DNA from: an uncultured Candidatus Saccharibacteria bacterium
GTDB lineage: Bacteria > Patescibacteriota > Minisyncoccia > Minisyncoccales > CAYUYO01
Direction: 5' to 3'
DNA length: 64,000 bases
NCBI GenBank assembly: GCA_964449385.1
Contig: CAYUYO010000002.1
Location: forward strand, 15,414-79,413
Positions 36,750 through 45,749 of the stretch are shown one piece after another (within the stretch, counting starts at the first letter, position 1; each line of letters opens with the position of its first letter). Made by a program: the position numbers and the translations under genes. The notes under the pieces were generated by a model that saw only the letters and a list, made by a program, of their open reading frames with translations, made no database searches and was not told where the DNA came from.

Positions 36750-38477
36750 TTATTTAAAAAATTTAAGTAATTTATCCAAAGGTTGAGTATTGATTACATC
36801 TTGTTTTTCAGCCCAGCCTCGACGAGCTTGATAAATTCCAAATTTCATATATTTTAATTGATCTTTGTGATGAAAGTCGGTATTAATTACCATTTTTACT
36901 CCAACATTTTTAGCCCTGCGAATATTCTGGTCATTTAAATCCAATCTTATTGGCTGAGAATTAATTTCTAAAATAACATTATTCTCTTTAGCTACCTGCA
37001 AGATTTTATCAAAATCAATATTACATTCCTCTCTCTCTTTTATTTTTCGAGCAGTAAGATGCGCAACAATATCAACATAAGGATTTTTCATTGCTTTAAT
37101 TATTCTTTCGGTCATTCTGTCTTTTTTCATTTTAAAACCGGAGTGAATTCCAATTATAACATAATCAAGCATTGCTAATACTTCATTTTTTATATCCAAA
37201 GACCCATTTTCCAAAATATTTACTTCAGCACTCTTTAAAATTTTAATCCCATTTATTTTTTTATTTATCTTGTCTATCTCTTTCATTTGTTTTAATAGTC
37301 TTTTTTCGTCCAGACCATTAGCTATCGGCAATTTGGAATGATCGCTTATTCCTAAATATTCATAACCCATATTTTTAGCTGCTAAAGCCATCTGTTCAAT
37401 GGTTTGTTCGCCATCACTCCAAATAGTATGGCCGTGAAGATCACCTTTAATATCTTCTATTTCTATCAGTTTTGGCAGTCCATTTGGCTTACCCTGAACC
37501 TGTTGAAGAGCAGCTTCAATTTCTCCTTGATTTTCTCTTAATTCCGGAGGTATCCAACTCATACCTAAAGCTCTATAAACCTCTTTTTCGGTTTTTCCAG
37601 CAATTTGCCTTTTTCCTCGAAAAACACCATATTCATTAAGTTTTAAATTTTTAGCAATAGCAATTTTTCTGGTAGCAATATTATGCTCTTTAGACCCGGT
37701 AAAATATTGAAGAGCCGAACCATAACTTTTTTTCGAAACAATTCTTAAATCAACATCTAATCCTTGTTTTAATCTAACCGAAGATTTAGTGGTACCTTTT
37801 CCCCAAGTTTTTATTACTCCAGGTAATCGAATAAAAAAATCCATTAATTCTTTTGGATTTTTTGTTGTCACTAAAAAATCTATGTCGCCAATAGTTTCTT
37901 TTCTTCTTCTTACCGAGCCAGCTACTGAAATCTGATTAATTTTTTTTGAAGCCTTTAACTCTTCTTCAATTTCTTCAACCATAGGTAAAATATTTCCTAA
38001 AAGAAATCTTCCTTTGCTTCTTTTTAAAAAAGTAATTCCTTCTAAAATGTTCTTCTCGGTTTTTTCATCAAAACCAAATAATGAAGCAATTTTATGGACC
38101 TTAGCTGCTTTTTCCAATTCTTTTAAATTTTTAATACCTAATTTCTGATATAAAATTTTTACTTTTTTAGGTCCTAATCCCTCAACCATAATTAGTTCTT
38201 CTATTTTTACCGGTATTTTCTTTTTAAGAATTTTATAATATTTAATTGTCCCAGTTTTTAAATACTCTTCAATCTTTTTTGCTATACTTTTGCCCACTCC
38301 TGGAATTTTTTCCAAGGATTTATTCCCTCCTTCTTTGTAAATTTCTTGAATATCTTTTTCTAAAGATTCCAAAGCAACAGCTGCTTTTCGATAAGCTGAA
38401 GGTTTAAATTGAATTTCCTCCATTTTCAAAAAATCAGCAATTTTATAAAAGATTTGAGCTATTTCCTGATTTTTCAT
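36750..38477 (-). CDS. polX: family X DNA polymerase with C-terminal PHP domain
   Basis: HhH motifs (IPGVGKSIAKKI, VEGLGPKKV), GSVRRRKETIGDIDFLV nucleotidyltransferase motif, PHP GDLHGHTIWSDG. Confidence 0.9.
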   Translation of the reverse strand: MKNQEIAQIFYKIADFLKMEEIQFKPSAYRKAAVALESLEKDIQEIYKEGGNKSLEKIPGVGKSIAKKIEEYLKTGTIKYYKILKKKIPVKIEELIMVEGLGPKKVKILYQKLGIKNLKELEKAAKVHKIASLFGFDEKTEKNILEGITFLKRSKGRFLLGNILPMVEEIEEELKASKKINQISVAGSVRRRKETIGDIDFLVTTKNPKELMDFFIRLPGVIKTWGKGTTKSSVRLKQGLDVDLRIVSKKSYGSALQYFTGSKEHNIATRKIAIAKNLKLNEYGVFRGKRQIAGKTEKEVYRALGMSWIPPELRENQGEIEAALQQVQGKPNGLPKLIEIEDIKGDLHGHTIWSDGEQTIEQMALAAKNMGYEYLGISDHSKLPIANGLDEKRLLKQMKEIDKINKKINGIKILKSAEVNILENGSLDIKNEVLAMLDYVIIGIHSGFKMKKDRMTERIIKAMKNPYVDIVAHLTARKIKEREECNIDFDKILQVAKENNVILEINSQPIRLDLNDQNIRRAKNVGVKMVINTDFHHKDQLKYMKFGIYQARRGWAEKQDVINTQPLDKLLKFFK

Positions 38478-38483
38478 TGCTTT

Positions 38484-39131
38484 TTATCCTTTTGGCAAAG
38501 ATGATCCTTGAAGTCCTTTGTCTTCAGGAACCAGAGGAAGAAAATGATTTCTTGGAAAAACATTTTTATAAATTAAAAATGGTAAAAAGGCACTAACTAA
38601 AACAAAGATTCCTGCTCCAATAAAAAGAACATCAAAACCAAGTCTATTAGCAATTATTCCTCCCAAAGCGCCAGAAATCCCGGCCCCAATTCCAATAAAA
38701 GTACTTCTGGTTGACCATTCAAATGCTTCTTTTCTTTTATCAATATGTCTGGTAAAGATTGCACAATAACCAGGAATATTTATTGCCATCCCTAAAGAAT
38801 AAATTCCCTGGCACAAATAAATGTGCCATGGTAGAAAACTAAAAATATATCCAAAAATAGCACTAGCTGCTAAGATATTACCAATCGCGACAAACCACAA
38901 ATCATCTTTTTCTCCTTTAACTTCATCCAAATATTTTCCAAATGGAATTTGCAAAATCGATTTAACTCCCCAATAAATTGCCATAGCAAAACCAGCTACT
39001 TCTACTCCTCCACCCTGAATTTTTTGAGCAATAAAAATAGCAAAAATAGGAGCCATAAATCCAAATCCAGTTTCTAAAGCAACATCGGAAAAAATTAAAA
39101 TTTTTATAACTTTATTAATTGATTTAAACAT
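38484..39131 (-). CDS. six-helix membrane protein resembling half of an MFS transporter
   Basis: Six hydrophobic segments in 215 aa; loop GKYLDEVKGEKD resembles the MFS motif-A position. Confidence 0.45.
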   Translation of the reverse strand: MFKSINKVIKILIFSDVALETGFGFMAPIFAIFIAQKIQGGGVEVAGFAMAIYWGVKSILQIPFGKYLDEVKGEKDDLWFVAIGNILAASAIFGYIFSFLPWHIYLCQGIYSLGMAINIPGYCAIFTRHIDKRKEAFEWSTRSTFIGIGAGISGALGGIIANRLGFDVLFIGAGIFVLVSAFLPFLIYKNVFPRNHFLPLVPEDKGLQGSSLPKG

Positions 39132-39142
39132 ATATTACTTTT

Positions 39143-40150
39143 TTATCCTTCGTTATGACTTGAGTGATTAAATAAAGTATTTTTTAGTAGGTTTATTCCA
39201 AATTTAAGCAAAATTACTACTCCGGCTAAAGCCAAAATTAACTCGGCTCCACGAATAATCATAGTAAAGGCTGTGGCTGTAGAGGCTCCTAATCCTAAAG
39301 AATTAAAAGCAAAGGTTTGGATTACTTCATGGCTTCCTAGGGCAGCAGGAATGGGAATCATTGCCGCTAAATAAGTAAAACCAAGAATCGATAAAGCAGG
39401 CAAAGCGCTTATTTTTTCTCCTAAAAAAATAATTAAAAGTAAAACTCTAAAATACATTATTCCTGCCCTTAAAAAAGATATGCCAAAACTTTTCCATAAT
39501 GATTTTTTTCTAAGTTGAAAAAAATTAAAAATTTCCTTTTCGATTTCTAAAACACTGTTTTCCGGATTCATTTTTTTTAAATTAAAAATTTTAAAAAAAA
39601 TTTGAGCTAAACTCTCTTTTTTAAAAACCTTCAAATAAAAATAACTAATTCCTCCGGCAAAAAGTAGGAAAACTCCACCAAAGATTATTACTAATTTCAT
39701 TGGAGGAGATCCAATAGTAAAAAGAAAAAATAAAGTCCCAAAAAAAATAATCACCAGGTTGGTAGTCCATTCTAAAACCCTATCAATTATTACTGAAGCT
39801 ACTCCCTTAGACCAGGAAATTGAATTATTTCTTTTTAAAAGATAGCTTCTAAAAATTTCTCCACCCCAAAGCAAAATTGGAGCTAAAAACATTACTGAAA
39901 AACCGCCTAAATAAGACGGGAAAAGACCTTTAAGAGAAACTTGAGATCCTTCTTCTTTTAAGATTTCCTGCCACCTCCAATTGCTGATTAATATTATCAA
40001 TAAGGTTAAAAGAAAAATTATTACACCGAACCAGCCAGTAAAAACTAGAAAAGAGTCTTTAATTTCTTGCCAACCAACAACCTTGCCAATCCAAATTAAA
40101 AGACCTATTCCAATTAAAAGAGAAACTATAAAAAGCAAAATTTTTTTCAT
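39143..40150 (-). CDS. UPF0104/flippase-like (lysylphosphatidylglycerol synthase TM region-type) membrane protein
   Basis: About 8 helices, 335 aa, conserved-looking RGAELILA segment. Family call rests on overall pattern. Confidence 0.5.
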   Translation of the reverse strand: MKKILLFIVSLLIGIGLLIWIGKVVGWQEIKDSFLVFTGWFGVIIFLLTLLIILISNWRWQEILKEEGSQVSLKGLFPSYLGGFSVMFLAPILLWGGEIFRSYLLKRNNSISWSKGVASVIIDRVLEWTTNLVIIFFGTLFFLFTIGSPPMKLVIIFGGVFLLFAGGISYFYLKVFKKESLAQIFFKIFNLKKMNPENSVLEIEKEIFNFFQLRKKSLWKSFGISFLRAGIMYFRVLLLIIFLGEKISALPALSILGFTYLAAMIPIPAALGSHEVIQTFAFNSLGLGASTATAFTMIIRGAELILALAGVVILLKFGINLLKNTLFNHSSHNEG

Positions 40151-40914
40151 CGTAAAAGTCTATTTAATATTTTAGCATTTTTTACGGCAAAACCCATAGC
40201 GTCATTGTTAAAATAAACAAAAGTTGTTAATCCTTGCTTTAAATATTTCTTAATTCTTTCCGACAAGTTTTTCAGTTCTTTTTCCGAGTAATTGGAAGTA
40301 TAAAGAGCTTTACCTCCGTGCATTCTAATATAAACAAAATTACCAGTAATTATTTCTCTAAAGGGCCATTGAGGAGAATCTGCTAAACAAAGGGAAATAT
40401 TTTTTTGTTTTTTAAAATTTTTATAAACATCTTCTGTAAACCAAGAAATATGACGAAATTCAAAAACAAAACGATATTTTAAATCAGTTTCTTTTATCAT
40501 TTCAGTAAATTCTCTTAACATTTTTAAATCCTTTTTTCGGTTAGAAGGCAACTGAAATAAAAAAGGACCTAATTTGTCTTCTAAATATAAAGCCCTTTTC
40601 AAAAAAGTTTTCCAGGCAGTTTTAATCTGGCGGAAATGCTTAATATGAGTAATATATCTTGAAACTTTTATTGCAAAAATAAATCCTTTCGGTACAGTTT
40701 TTTTCCAATGAGTAAAACTTTTAATAGAAGGCAGTCTATAAAAAGGATAATTCATCTCTACAGTATTAAAATATCGACTGTAGTATTCCAATTGTTTTGA
40801 TCTTTGTAGCTTTTTCGGATAAAAAACATCATTCTCCCAATGAGAATAAGAAAAACCAGAAGTTCCAATGTATAATTTGCCCCGAAGCATAAAATTAATG
40901 AAACTTATCTTCAA
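40147..40914 (-). CDS. DUF72 family protein
   Basis: YIGTSGFSYSHW..FYP N-terminal signature, EFRH, YVYFNND patterns. Confidence 0.8.
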   Translation of the reverse strand: MKISFINFMLRGKLYIGTSGFSYSHWENDVFYPKKLQRSKQLEYYSRYFNTVEMNYPFYRLPSIKSFTHWKKTVPKGFIFAIKVSRYITHIKHFRQIKTAWKTFLKRALYLEDKLGPFLFQLPSNRKKDLKMLREFTEMIKETDLKYRFVFEFRHISWFTEDVYKNFKKQKNISLCLADSPQWPFREIITGNFVYIRMHGGKALYTSNYSEKELKNLSERIKKYLKQGLTTFVYFNNDAMGFAVKNAKILNRLLR

Positions 40915-41650
40915 GAAAAGTTACAATTTCAGGACCTACCTCTGGAGAAGACCAGAAATAATTATGCCCTGGAACTTGAATTGCTTTAGAAAAAGGAAGG
41001 TTTTGACCATTAATTCTCGCTTCAATCCACACAAAAGGTGCTTTAATTAAAGAAAAAACTAAGCTTTTTACTTCTCCTGTTGATAAAGTATCTTTTTTAT
41101 TATTACTTAAATGAAGAATATTTTCTGATTCATATGGCTCTGACCAAAAAGGAATACCAGCTACTATAGCATAAACTGAATTTTGAGTATTGGTAGAAAT
41201 TTTCTCCATACTTTCGTCAACTAAACTTGCTCCATTAGAAAGACCTGCTATAATAATTTTTTTATCAGGAAGATTTTCAATTAGAAATTCTACTTTTTCA
41301 GCTAAATTTTCCGAAGAAAACCTAAAAGAACTAAAAGAATCTTTAATTCCCCAAAACTTTCCCAATAAACCATCTTTAGTTCTTTTATAAGGAATAACAA
41401 CTGAACGATAACCCCAACTATCTAAGGTTTTTTCAATACCTTTTATGGCCGGGGCAAAGTCTTCTGCTTCTTCTAAAGGAGTATTCCCCCAACCGCCAGA
41501 ATTAAAAATAATAATAACATCTCTATCAATTAATGTAGAATCAAGAGCTTGTTGAAATTGCAAATTCTCTGGTAAAATTTCCGGTCCAAAAATAAAGAAC
41601 AAACTTCCTGAAATAATTAAAGTAAAAATTAAATACTTAATTTTTCTCAT
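40895..41650 (-). CDS. membrane-anchored alpha/beta-hydrolase-like protein
   Basis: N-terminal hydrophobic anchor. Candidate nucleophile elbow IIAGLSNGA (GxSxG). No further assignment. Confidence 0.4.
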   Translation of the reverse strand: MRKIKYLIFTLIISGSLFFIFGPEILPENLQFQQALDSTLIDRDVIIIFNSGGWGNTPLEEAEDFAPAIKGIEKTLDSWGYRSVVIPYKRTKDGLLGKFWGIKDSFSSFRFSSENLAEKVEFLIENLPDKKIIIAGLSNGASLVDESMEKISTNTQNSVYAIVAGIPFWSEPYESENILHLSNNKKDTLSTGEVKSLVFSLIKAPFVWIEARINGQNLPFSKAIQVPGHNYFWSSPEVGPEIVTFLEDKFH

Positions 41651-41654
41651 CGTT

Positions 41655-42329
41655 TTAATAAAACTTTTTTTCTATTGTTTTAATAAATTTAATTAAAACA
41701 GGGTCGTCTATAATTTCTTTTATCCACCTCATCCAAAGTTTGTGTTGAATTTTTCCATATTTCTTCCAATATTCTATACCCTGTAAAAAATTTATTATCT
41801 TATCAGCTTGCTTAACAAATCTACCTTCTTTTGTTAATCCTTTTTCAAAATCAATCCAGAGGTTTTTCATTTCGATCTTTAATTCTTTTGGCAACTTTAA
41901 AATAAGCTTATCTAAAGACCGAAGTTCCATTTCTGATTTTTCTTTTTCTTTTTTTCTTTTTAGAGCAAGGGTGAATTTAGGCCACTGTTTTAAAGCAACC
42001 ATTATTTTCTTTTTATCTTTGGGTAATAAAGGATCATAAGGAGTTAAATCTGGAGCATAAACTTCACACAAATCATGAACTAAAGCCATTTTTATTGCTC
42101 TTTCTAAATTTAACTTTTTCTCTTTTCCTAAAGTCCAAACTAAAATAGTCAAATGAAAAATATGTTCTGCTGTTGTTTCTGGATTTTTAATTTGATGAAG
42201 TATCCAGCCTCTTCTTTTTTTCCTCTTTAATTTTCCGACTTCAAGTAAAAAATTAAGAATATTTTTCATAATAAATAAAACCAGAATTTCTCCTGGTTTT
42301 AGGATATCATGATTTTTATTGTTTTTCAA
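41655..42329 (-). CDS. HD-domain phosphohydrolase (YfbR-like 5'-nucleotidase family)
   Basis: KRRGW motif, TAEHIFH..VHDLCEV HD metal ligands. Confidence 0.75.
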   Translation of the reverse strand: MKNNKNHDILKPGEILVLFIMKNILNFLLEVGKLKRKKRRGWILHQIKNPETTAEHIFHLTILVWTLGKEKKLNLERAIKMALVHDLCEVYAPDLTPYDPLLPKDKKKIMVALKQWPKFTLALKRKKEKEKSEMELRSLDKLILKLPKELKIEMKNLWIDFEKGLTKEGRFVKQADKIINFLQGIEYWKKYGKIQHKLWMRWIKEIIDDPVLIKFIKTIEKKFY

Positions 42330-42335
42330 TTTAAA

Positions 42336-42812
42336 TCAGGAGACTAAATATCTTATTTTTTTAATTTTATAAGTAGTCTTGATAGGAGAAGAAACAAAAA
42401 CTTCATCTCCAACCTGATGCCCTAAAAGAGCACTACCTACTGGTGATTCATTACTAATTTTTCCAAGAGAAGGATTGGCCTCTAAAGAACCGACGATTTC
42501 AAATTCATCAGTTTGGCCATTTACTTTAACTATTATTTGAGCACCCAAATTAATAGTATTTTGTCTTCCTTTAGGTGGAATTTTAATTATCTCAAGATTT
42601 TTCAAAACGTTTTCTAATTCACTCATTCTTGCTTCCAAAAAACTCAAATCCTCCTGGAAAGAAAGATATTCTGGGTTTATATCTTCTGATTGCCAAATCT
42701 TAGGAACCTCTCCTGCAACTTTAGCAAGTTTAAGTTTTTTGAAATCTTGGTATTCTTTTTTTATCTTTTCTACTCCTTGTTGAGTTAAATAAAATTTCTT
42801 TTCTCCTATCAT
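42336..42812 (-). CDS. greA: transcription elongation factor GreA
   Basis: N-terminal coiled coil (LTQQGVEKIKKEYQDFK), C-terminal ISNESPVGSALLGHQVGDEV motif; 158 aa. Confidence 0.93.
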   Translation of the reverse strand: MIGEKKFYLTQQGVEKIKKEYQDFKKLKLAKVAGEVPKIWQSEDINPEYLSFQEDLSFLEARMSELENVLKNLEIIKIPPKGRQNTINLGAQIIVKVNGQTDEFEIVGSLEANPSLGKISNESPVGSALLGHQVGDEVFVSSPIKTTYKIKKIRYLVS

Positions 42813-42823
42813 ATTTTTTCAAA

Positions 42824-42888
42824 AATCCCCTTTGGTGAGGGGATTAGTTATTAAAATGAAATTTATTTATTAATCTTAATCCCCTCAC
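42824..42888 (-). promoter_or_regulatory. greA leader with two mutually exclusive hairpins
   Basis: Minus-strand RNA. Segment 1 is GUGAGGGGAUUA (42888-42877) and segment 2 is UAAUCCCCUCAC (42846-42835); they give 12 perfect bp across a 30-nt spacer. Part of segment 2 (AAUCCCCU) also pairs with AGGGGAUU (42831-42824), followed by UUUG and then the greA AUG 11 nt later. Confidence 0.55.
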
Positions 42889-42989
42889 TCTTTAAATTTT
42901 CCGTAAGCTAAAATTGAAATGGTGTGAATCCATTTACAATCGGTAAAATTTTTAGGAGTATTAATTTTTTGAATAAATTTCTTTATCAT
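42885..42989 (-). CDS. candidate 34-codon leader ORF upstream of greA
   Basis: ATG at 42989, MIKKFIQKINTPKNFTDCKWIHTISILAYGKFKE, stop TGA at 42887-42885 inside hairpin segment 1. Only a weak purine-rich stretch sits upstream. Below the ORF-track size cutoff. Confidence 0.3.
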   Translation of the reverse strand: MIKKFIQKINTPKNFTDCKWIHTISILAYGKFKE

Positions 42990-43005
42990 TTCTCTTTCTT
43001 TTTTA

Positions 43006-43033
43006 ATTATAGGCTTCCAAAGATCCTTGTCAA
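43006..43033 (-). promoter_or_regulatory. sigma70-type promoter for the greA leader
   Basis: Minus strand: TTGACA (43033-43028), 16-nt spacer, TATAAT (43011-43006). Both hexamers match consensus perfectly. Confidence 0.6.
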
Positions 43034-43046
43034 GTCTTTGAAATTA

Positions 43047-43075
43047 TTGACAATTCTTTAGTACTAAAAAATAAT
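43047..43075 (+). promoter_or_regulatory. candidate divergent promoter for the ispD-ispH-ispG block
   Basis: TTGACA (43047-43052), 17-nt spacer, AATAAT (43070-43075). Back-to-back with the greA promoter. An ACTAAAA/TTTTAGT inverted repeat overlaps the spacer and -10 region. Confidence 0.45.
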
Positions 43076-43166
43076 TTTAGTATAGTTTTTGATTTTAAGA
43101 AATACTTATCTTAAAATAAGATTATAAACTTTAAAAAATTGAAAATTGTGTTAAAACCCAAATAAA

Positions 43167-43850
43167 ATGATAAATTTTGCCATTATCTTAGCTGGTGGAA
43201 AAAGTAAAAGAATGAAAAGAATTGAGAAAATCTTTTTTAAAATTAAAGGGAAGCCTTTGATTTGGTATACTTTAAAAATTTTTGAAAATCATCCACAGAT
43301 TCACAAAATAGTTTTAGTTTCCAGAAAATCTAATTTTAATAAAGTTTTTAATTTAATTAAAAAATACAAAATTCACAAAATAGCAAAAGTAGTTAAAGAA
43401 GGTAGAACTCGCCAAGATTCGGCTTTTAATGGACTGAAATATCTTGAAGAATTAGGAGCGAAACCAAAGGACTTAGTTTTATTCCATAATGGTTGTAATC
43501 CCTTAGTTTCCGCTCTTGAAATTAGTAAAGTAATTAGAGCAGCCAAAATTTATGGAGCAGCTTTAGTTGGTCAGCCCTGTAAAGATACTTTAAAGAGAGT
43601 AAATAAAAATAGATTAGTTTCAGCTACCATCGACAGATCTAATATTTATTTAGCTCAAACTCCTCAAGTGATAGAATATAGTTTAGCTAAAAAAGGGTTT
43701 AAAAAAGCTTTCTCTAAAAACTTTCAGGGAACGGACGATATCTCCCTGATAGAAAGATTAGGGAAAAAGATCAAAATGGTTCCATGCTCTTACCAAAATC
43801 TCAAAGTAACCATCAAAGAAGATTTAGAAATTATCAAAGATCTATTATAA
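43167..43850 (+). CDS. ispD: 2-C-methyl-D-erythritol 4-phosphate cytidylyltransferase
   Basis: ILAGGKSKRM nucleotide-binding loop; 227 aa; followed by ispH and ispG. Confidence 0.88.
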   Translation: MINFAIILAGGKSKRMKRIEKIFFKIKGKPLIWYTLKIFENHPQIHKIVLVSRKSNFNKVFNLIKKYKIHKIAKVVKEGRTRQDSAFNGLKYLEELGAKPKDLVLFHNGCNPLVSALEISKVIRAAKIYGAALVGQPCKDTLKRVNKNRLVSATIDRSNIYLAQTPQVIEYSLAKKGFKKAFSKNFQGTDDISLIERLGKKIKMVPCSYQNLKVTIKEDLEIIKDLL

Positions 43851-43857
43851 AAATATA

Positions 43858-44688
43858 ATGAAAATCATTTTTGCTAAAAATATTGGTTTTTGTTCAGGAG
43901 TAAAAAGAGCAATAGTTATTGCTGAAAAATCGCTAAAAGAAGACCTAAAGCCTATTCAGTTTTTAGGTCCTTTAGTCCATAATGAAAAAGTAATTGAAAA
44001 ATTAAAAAATAAAGGAGGAAAATTTGTTTCAAATTTCAAAAAAATTAAGTCTGGAACATTAATTCTCAGAGCCCACGGAGAAATTCTAAACTTCAAAAAG
44101 CTTAAAAAAAAGAAAATATTAATAAGAGATACTACTTGTCCATTAGTAAAACGAGCTCAAAATGTTGCTTATACTCTTTTTAAACAAGAATATAAAGTAA
44201 TAATTATTGGAGATAAAAAGCATTCTGAAACTAAAGGGATAAAAGAATATATTAAAAATCAAGCCATAATTATTGAAAATGAAAAAGAGGCAAAAAGATT
44301 ACCAAAGTTTAAAAAAATTGGAGTATTGGCTCAAACTACTCAAAATTTAGATAGAGTTAATCAGATTCTAAAAATCTTAAAAAACAAAACTAAAAAATTT
44401 AAATGGGTAAATACTATCTGTTCAGAAGTCTTAATTCGTCAAAAAGAATTGTCAGAAATTCTAAAGAAAGTTAATGGGGTTTTAATAATTGGTTCTCATT
44501 CCTCTGCTAATACCAAACGTCTGGTAGAAATTGTAAAAAATTCTAAAAAGCCAATTTGGTGGATAAATTCTTTAAAAGAATTAAAAAAAATAAGTTTTAA
44601 GAACCTTTCTATATTAGGAGTGGTTTCTGGAACTTCTACTCCAGATTATGAAATTAAAAAAATTAAAAAATATTTACTTAAAAAATGA
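43858..44688 (+). CDS. ispH: 4-hydroxy-3-methylbut-2-enyl diphosphate reductase
   Basis: GFCSGVKRAI, RAHG, TTCPLVKR, NTICSEV Fe-S cysteine contexts. Confidence 0.92.
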   Translation: MKIIFAKNIGFCSGVKRAIVIAEKSLKEDLKPIQFLGPLVHNEKVIEKLKNKGGKFVSNFKKIKSGTLILRAHGEILNFKKLKKKKILIRDTTCPLVKRAQNVAYTLFKQEYKVIIIGDKKHSETKGIKEYIKNQAIIIENEKEAKRLPKFKKIGVLAQTTQNLDRVNQILKILKNKTKKFKWVNTICSEVLIRQKELSEILKKVNGVLIIGSHSSANTKRLVEIVKNSKKPIWWINSLKELKKISFKNLSILGVVSGTSTPDYEIKKIKKYLLKK

Positions 44689-45749
44689 TTAAAAGAAAAA
44701 AAACAAAAATAATAAAAATTGGCAAATTAAAAATCGGAGGTAATTATCCTATTTTAGTTCAATCAATGACCAATACAGAAACTTCTAACATTAGAGCTAC
44801 AATTCGACAAATAAAAGAATTGGAAAAAGCTGGTTGTGAAATAATTAGAGTAGGTGTACCCGATTTAAAAGCTGCCAAAGCTCTTGGTAAAATCAAAAAA
44901 CAAATAAAGCTTCCTTTAGTAGCTGACATTCACTTTTCATCAGATTTAGCTATTGAAGCAATTAAGCAAGGAGTAGATAAAATCAGAATCAATCCAGGCA
45001 ATTTCCCTAAAAAAGATCTGGTGAAAATAATTGAAGCAGCTAAAAAAAAGAATATTCCAATTAGAATTGGTATTAATAGCGGATCTTTAGAAAAAGATAT
45101 TTTAGGGCAGCACAAAAGAGTAACTGCTGAAATGATGGTAAAATCTGCTTTGAGAAATATCCAACTAATGGAAAATCTCAAATTTAAAAATCTGATTATT
45201 TCATTAAAAGCCTCTGATGTTTTAAGAACAGTAAGAGCTTACGAAAAATTATCAACAAAAGTTAATTATCCTTTACATTTGGGTATTACTGAAGCAGGAA
45301 CAGAATTTTCCGGAACAATTAAATCTGCCGTTGGCCTTGGCTATTTATTATTAAAAGGGATCGGTGATACTATTAGGGTTTCTTTAACTGATGATTCGGT
45401 AAAAGAAGTAAAAGCCGGCTGGGAAATTTTAAAGAGTTTAAATTTAAGGGAAAGAGGAGTAAAAATTATTAGTTGTCCAACTTGTGCTAGATCTGAAATT
45501 GATGTGGTTAAATTCACTAAAAAAATTGAAGAATTAACCAAAGAAATAAAAAAACCATTAACTTTCGCCATAATGGGATGTATTGTTAACGGTTTAGGAG
45601 AAGCTCGAGAAGCAGATTTAGCAATAGTTGGAGTGAAGAAAGGAGCTTTAATTATAAAAAAAGGCAAAATTGTCAAAAAAGTTGAAGAAAAAAGTATTCT
45701 TAAAGAGTTTAAAAAAGTGTTAAAAAATTATTTAAAGTATTTAAAATAA
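44685..45749 (+). CDS. ispG: 4-hydroxy-3-methylbut-2-en-1-yl diphosphate synthase
   Basis: VQSMTNT, IRINPGN, ISCPTCAR and MGCIVNGLGE Fe-S motifs; 4-nt overlap with ispH. Confidence 0.93.
   Translation: MIKRKKTKIIKIGKLKIGGNYPILVQSMTNTETSNIRATIRQIKELEKAGCEIIRVGVPDLKAAKALGKIKKQIKLPLVADIHFSSDLAIEAIKQGVDKIRINPGNFPKKDLVKIIEAAKKKNIPIRIGINSGSLEKDILGQHKRVTAEMMVKSALRNIQLMENLKFKNLIISLKASDVLRTVRAYEKLSTKVNYPLHLGITEAGTEFSGTIKSAVGLGYLLLKGIGDTIRVSLTDDSVKEVKAGWEILKSLNLRERGVKIISCPTCARSEIDVVKFTKKIEELTKEIKKPLTFAIMGCIVNGLGEAREADLAIVGVKKGALIIKKGKIVKKVEEKSILKEFKKVLKNYLKYLK

Noticed and set aside
43053-43130. AT-rich palindromes (ACTAAAA-AATAA-TTTTAGT and ATCTTA-AAA-TAAGAT) in the greA/ispD divergent region, considered as operator sites.
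   Set aside because: Short A/T palindromes are expected by chance at this base composition. No cognate regulator is encoded nearby. They are kept only as a note under the candidate promoter.
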